A DNA stretch of 64,000 nucleotides, from NCBI GenBank assembly GCA_027604505.1, contig JADIIX010000112.1, positions 1-64,000 of the forward strand, read 5' to 3'. This DNA is from Gonapodya sp. JEL0774 (lineage: Eukaryota). The notes beneath the pieces are model-generated. The model saw only the letters and a program-made list of their open reading frames with translations, searched no databases and was not told where the DNA came from. The stretch's first letter is position 1; every line of letters starts with the position of its first letter. Positions 61,433 to 64,000 of the stretch are shown here, one piece after another. Made by a program: the position numbers and the translations under genes.

Positions 61433-61729
61433 GACAAAATGCCCCCGTCGAGCAACTCCCATCCAACACCCCACACATCCCTGCAAAACGACATCCCCCA
61501 AACAGACGTCGCCCACTTACCGACGCGACCAGCGGTCCCACTTTCCCTTGTACCAATGGCGCGAACCTACCACGCAAAAGGCAGGGCACACACACGCAAA
61601 GGAGTTCAGTCTCCGTGTCAACGCGCAACGCCACAACACCTTCACAGCGAAGCATCAGCTCCCACCCATCCCTCCTCCCCCAATCCGGTTCGCCGCGTGT
61701 TTCAGGTACCCGGTTTCCCACTCACTGCG

Positions 61730-62403
61730 GTGGTAATTCCGACTGCATCACTGCCTCTGCGGCCCTGGGGATTTCAGTTTGGCTGGATTGTTTGAATTCC
61801 TCAACCTGGGATAATTGGTCGCGAGGAACCGTGTGATAAGGGTGAAAACAGGAGGGAGTTTGGGAACCAATGTAAGAAGTGCCAGATTGCGAAAACGCTT
61901 CACATCACGTTCTACCGCCGCTCCGCTGATTGCCTCCGACCGTGTGTTCTGGTCGTGCTCTGGTCCGTCCACTGGACCCGACCCGATCCACCCCAAGCAA
62001 CCCACCTTCTTGTCGGACTCGGCTTGCACGGCAGGTCTAAGTTTCGATTCAATCACCCCGCCTGCCACATTGGTGACTGGTATGAGGGCGTGGTGGGAGG
62101 CGGGATGGGGACAGGATTGGGGGTTGCGTGGTGTGGAATCACGGGAGAAGTGACGTGCGACCGTACGACCGGCGATTCGAATACGGGCATTCCAGTTGAA
62201 CCATCAAGCTCAGCGTCGTTGCCTTCCTTTGTCTCGTGAGATCCGCGAGGAAAAAAATGCGACCACGTACGGACTGTCCCGAGCGCGTTGAGGATCGACG
62301 TTCCACCCGCGCCAGTGGTGGATTGCCCCTGGCCGTGTCCCTGCTGTTGCTGATGCTGGAGGGCCTCCGATCCGAGTTTCCCGAGTTCGTTGAGAAAGTC
62401 CAT
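61730..62403 (-). CDS. Hypothetical small multi-exon protein, possibly degenerate
   Basis: MDFLNELGKLGSEALQHQQQQGHGQGQ... followed by several GT-AG bounded segments (NVAGGVIESKLRPAVQAESDKK; VEEFKQSSQTEIPRAAEAV). Splice phases do not all reconcile. Confidence 0.4.
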
Positions 62404-63676
62404 TCTGGGTTTCTGCGATTGGTTTTGTGTGGAATTGTGTGGGCGGCATTTGGAGAGTGACCTCGTGCCTCAGGGATGCTCAGGGGAGTTGCACGGAACC
62501 CACGAGATTCTCGTTGTTCAAACATACTTTTGCACGTACATACATATTAAGAAAGCAACTGAAAGCTACTGCATCGGTCACCAGTCTTCCTACCAGCACG
62601 ACATTGTATGTATGATTGTCTGGAACATTAGACGACGGGAACGCACAGTGGTTCCGGATTCCGATGACTCCATGAGGACATGAATACATGCCAGCGCACG
62701 TTGCAAAGGGGCGCATGTTTGCGGAGGTGTGCGGGGCAAAAAGGGAACTCAGAGCCGCCGCTGTGATGATCATGGAAACCTACCCAAACGAAATTTCGAG
62801 TGGCTAATAACGGGACACAGCGGCAGAGAGCGTTCTCTTCCTGAGTGTTATTTTATGCATGTAGTACGTGCTGTACCAATGAATTCATCTACGGATTAAG
62901 GTACATAATAATAACGTGGTGTTGGGCCGGAGGTGGTCCGGCGGGGGCAGGAAGCACAGATCAAGGGGCACCAGAAAGTTGAAAAGACCATCATTCACTC
63001 TCAAGATGAGCTGATCGATGGGCCACTGCTCCCACTGCTCCCACTCCCCATCGTCATCTGCGCAAGGCTCTCTATTCTTCTCCATCCCGGCCACGCGCAT
63101 TCCCAACTCCCGCTTCTCCGCTCTGCCCTTGCGAGGATTTCCTTGGTGTCGTGGTGTTATAGGCGAAGCCGACTGACGTCACTCTTGAGGACAGCCCCTG
63201 TCGGAGAGGCGCGTCCGTTTCTCCCTCGGCGCTAACCGCCTCAGGTTTCTGCGGCGCTGCACGCAGAGGTTTGGAAAAAGGTCGAGACGGTGAACAGTGG
63301 CTGACCCAGCGTCCCCCCGTCTACATGCAGCCAAGGGCTTCGTCTCCTTCGGGCGTGGGCAGGCGTCCACTTATAGAGGGCGGTTGAAGTGGAGCTGATT
63401 CCATTCGGTGAGTGGATGTTGCAACACTAGAGTCAGAGCCTTCTTCGCTCGACGTCGATCAGCTTCCTGAGTCACTGTCGCGGTTTCCCAGGGACCTTGC
63501 CCAGTCCGGAGAGGGGACGCAAGCACCACAGTGAAAAGGGAGTACAACGGGCAGCTTACTCCGCCGCGCACTCCGTCACATTTAAGGACGTGATTAAGCG
63601 CGAGGGAGGTGGAAAGTGGGCTGGTGTTCGCTTTTTAACTACAGCAGGTCCAGTGGCATGGCTGCACATACCGTAC

Positions 63677-63769
63677 CGTGCGAGTACCCCGACGGTACGT
63701 CACTGTGCATGTAACGTGCGAGTACCCCGACGGTACGTCGTTGTTCATTTCACGTGCTAGTACCCCGAC
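63677..63769 (+). repeat. 38-bp tandem repeat, about 2.4 copies
   Basis: CGTGCGAGTACCCCGACGGTACGTC recurs at 63677 and 63715; a partial CGTGCTAGTACCCCGAC starts at 63753. Confidence 0.9.
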
Positions 63770-64000
63770 TGTTTTTAATCGACTTGGGGAACTCCCGAGC
63801 GCCTGTTCAACGAGGCTCGCAATGGCCTCTCCAAGGAACGCGGACGTGGTCGGGACTCTGAACAAGCATCTTTGTTGTCACATTGGATGTGGTAAGGAGT
63901 GGCGGGAGTGCAAGTGCGCAGATCGGTTACATTTATTAGCATGCACTGCGAAACGACGATCGAGGTAAGAAAGTGTGGGGGTATTTGCGAACATCGAAGG

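Noticed and set aside
63677..63769. Repeat-spacer-like pattern suggestive of a CRISPR array
   Set aside because: Only about 2.4 units, the intervening 13 nt are similar to each other rather than unique, the context is eukaryotic and there are no cas genes.
1..64000. Selenoprotein (in-frame UGA plus SECIS), known from some early-diverging fungi
   Set aside because: No recognised selenoprotein family was seen. Apparent in-frame TGAs in ORFs mostly fall in GTGAG intron donors. A SECIS search was not run.

Overview
Gene-dense, intron-rich eukaryotic DNA, almost certainly fungal. Short GT-AG introns with CTAAC/CTGAC-type branch points, plus the gene content, suggest an early-diverging (possibly zoosporic) fungus; that lineage call is inference. 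About 23 spliced protein-coding genes can be reconstructed by hand: a bicupin, a Sel1-repeat DSF2-like protein, an F-box protein, a CaMK1-type kinase, eIF3i/TIF34, a WSC-like membrane protein, a secreted Cys-rich protein, a large helical protein, an SDR, an SREK1IP1-like zinc-knuckle protein, a STRAD-like pseudokinase, a glutamine-synthetase-like ligase, a GPI-type M36 fungalysin, an MFS transporter, a MYND-finger protein, LEU2, O-GlcNAc transferase, SppA, a pore-less voltage-sensor-like protein and SGF11. The right end holds decayed coding relics. No rRNA, tRNA, CRISPR array, intact transposon or biosynthetic cluster was recognised. The most notable items are the STRAD-like pseudokinase, a candidate poison exon in the SREK1IP1-like gene, G-rich/C-rich fold-back introns and an apparently missing exon in the MFS gene, and structured long introns in eIF3i. 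Gene coordinates are outer spans including introns; exon structures are manual and unverified.
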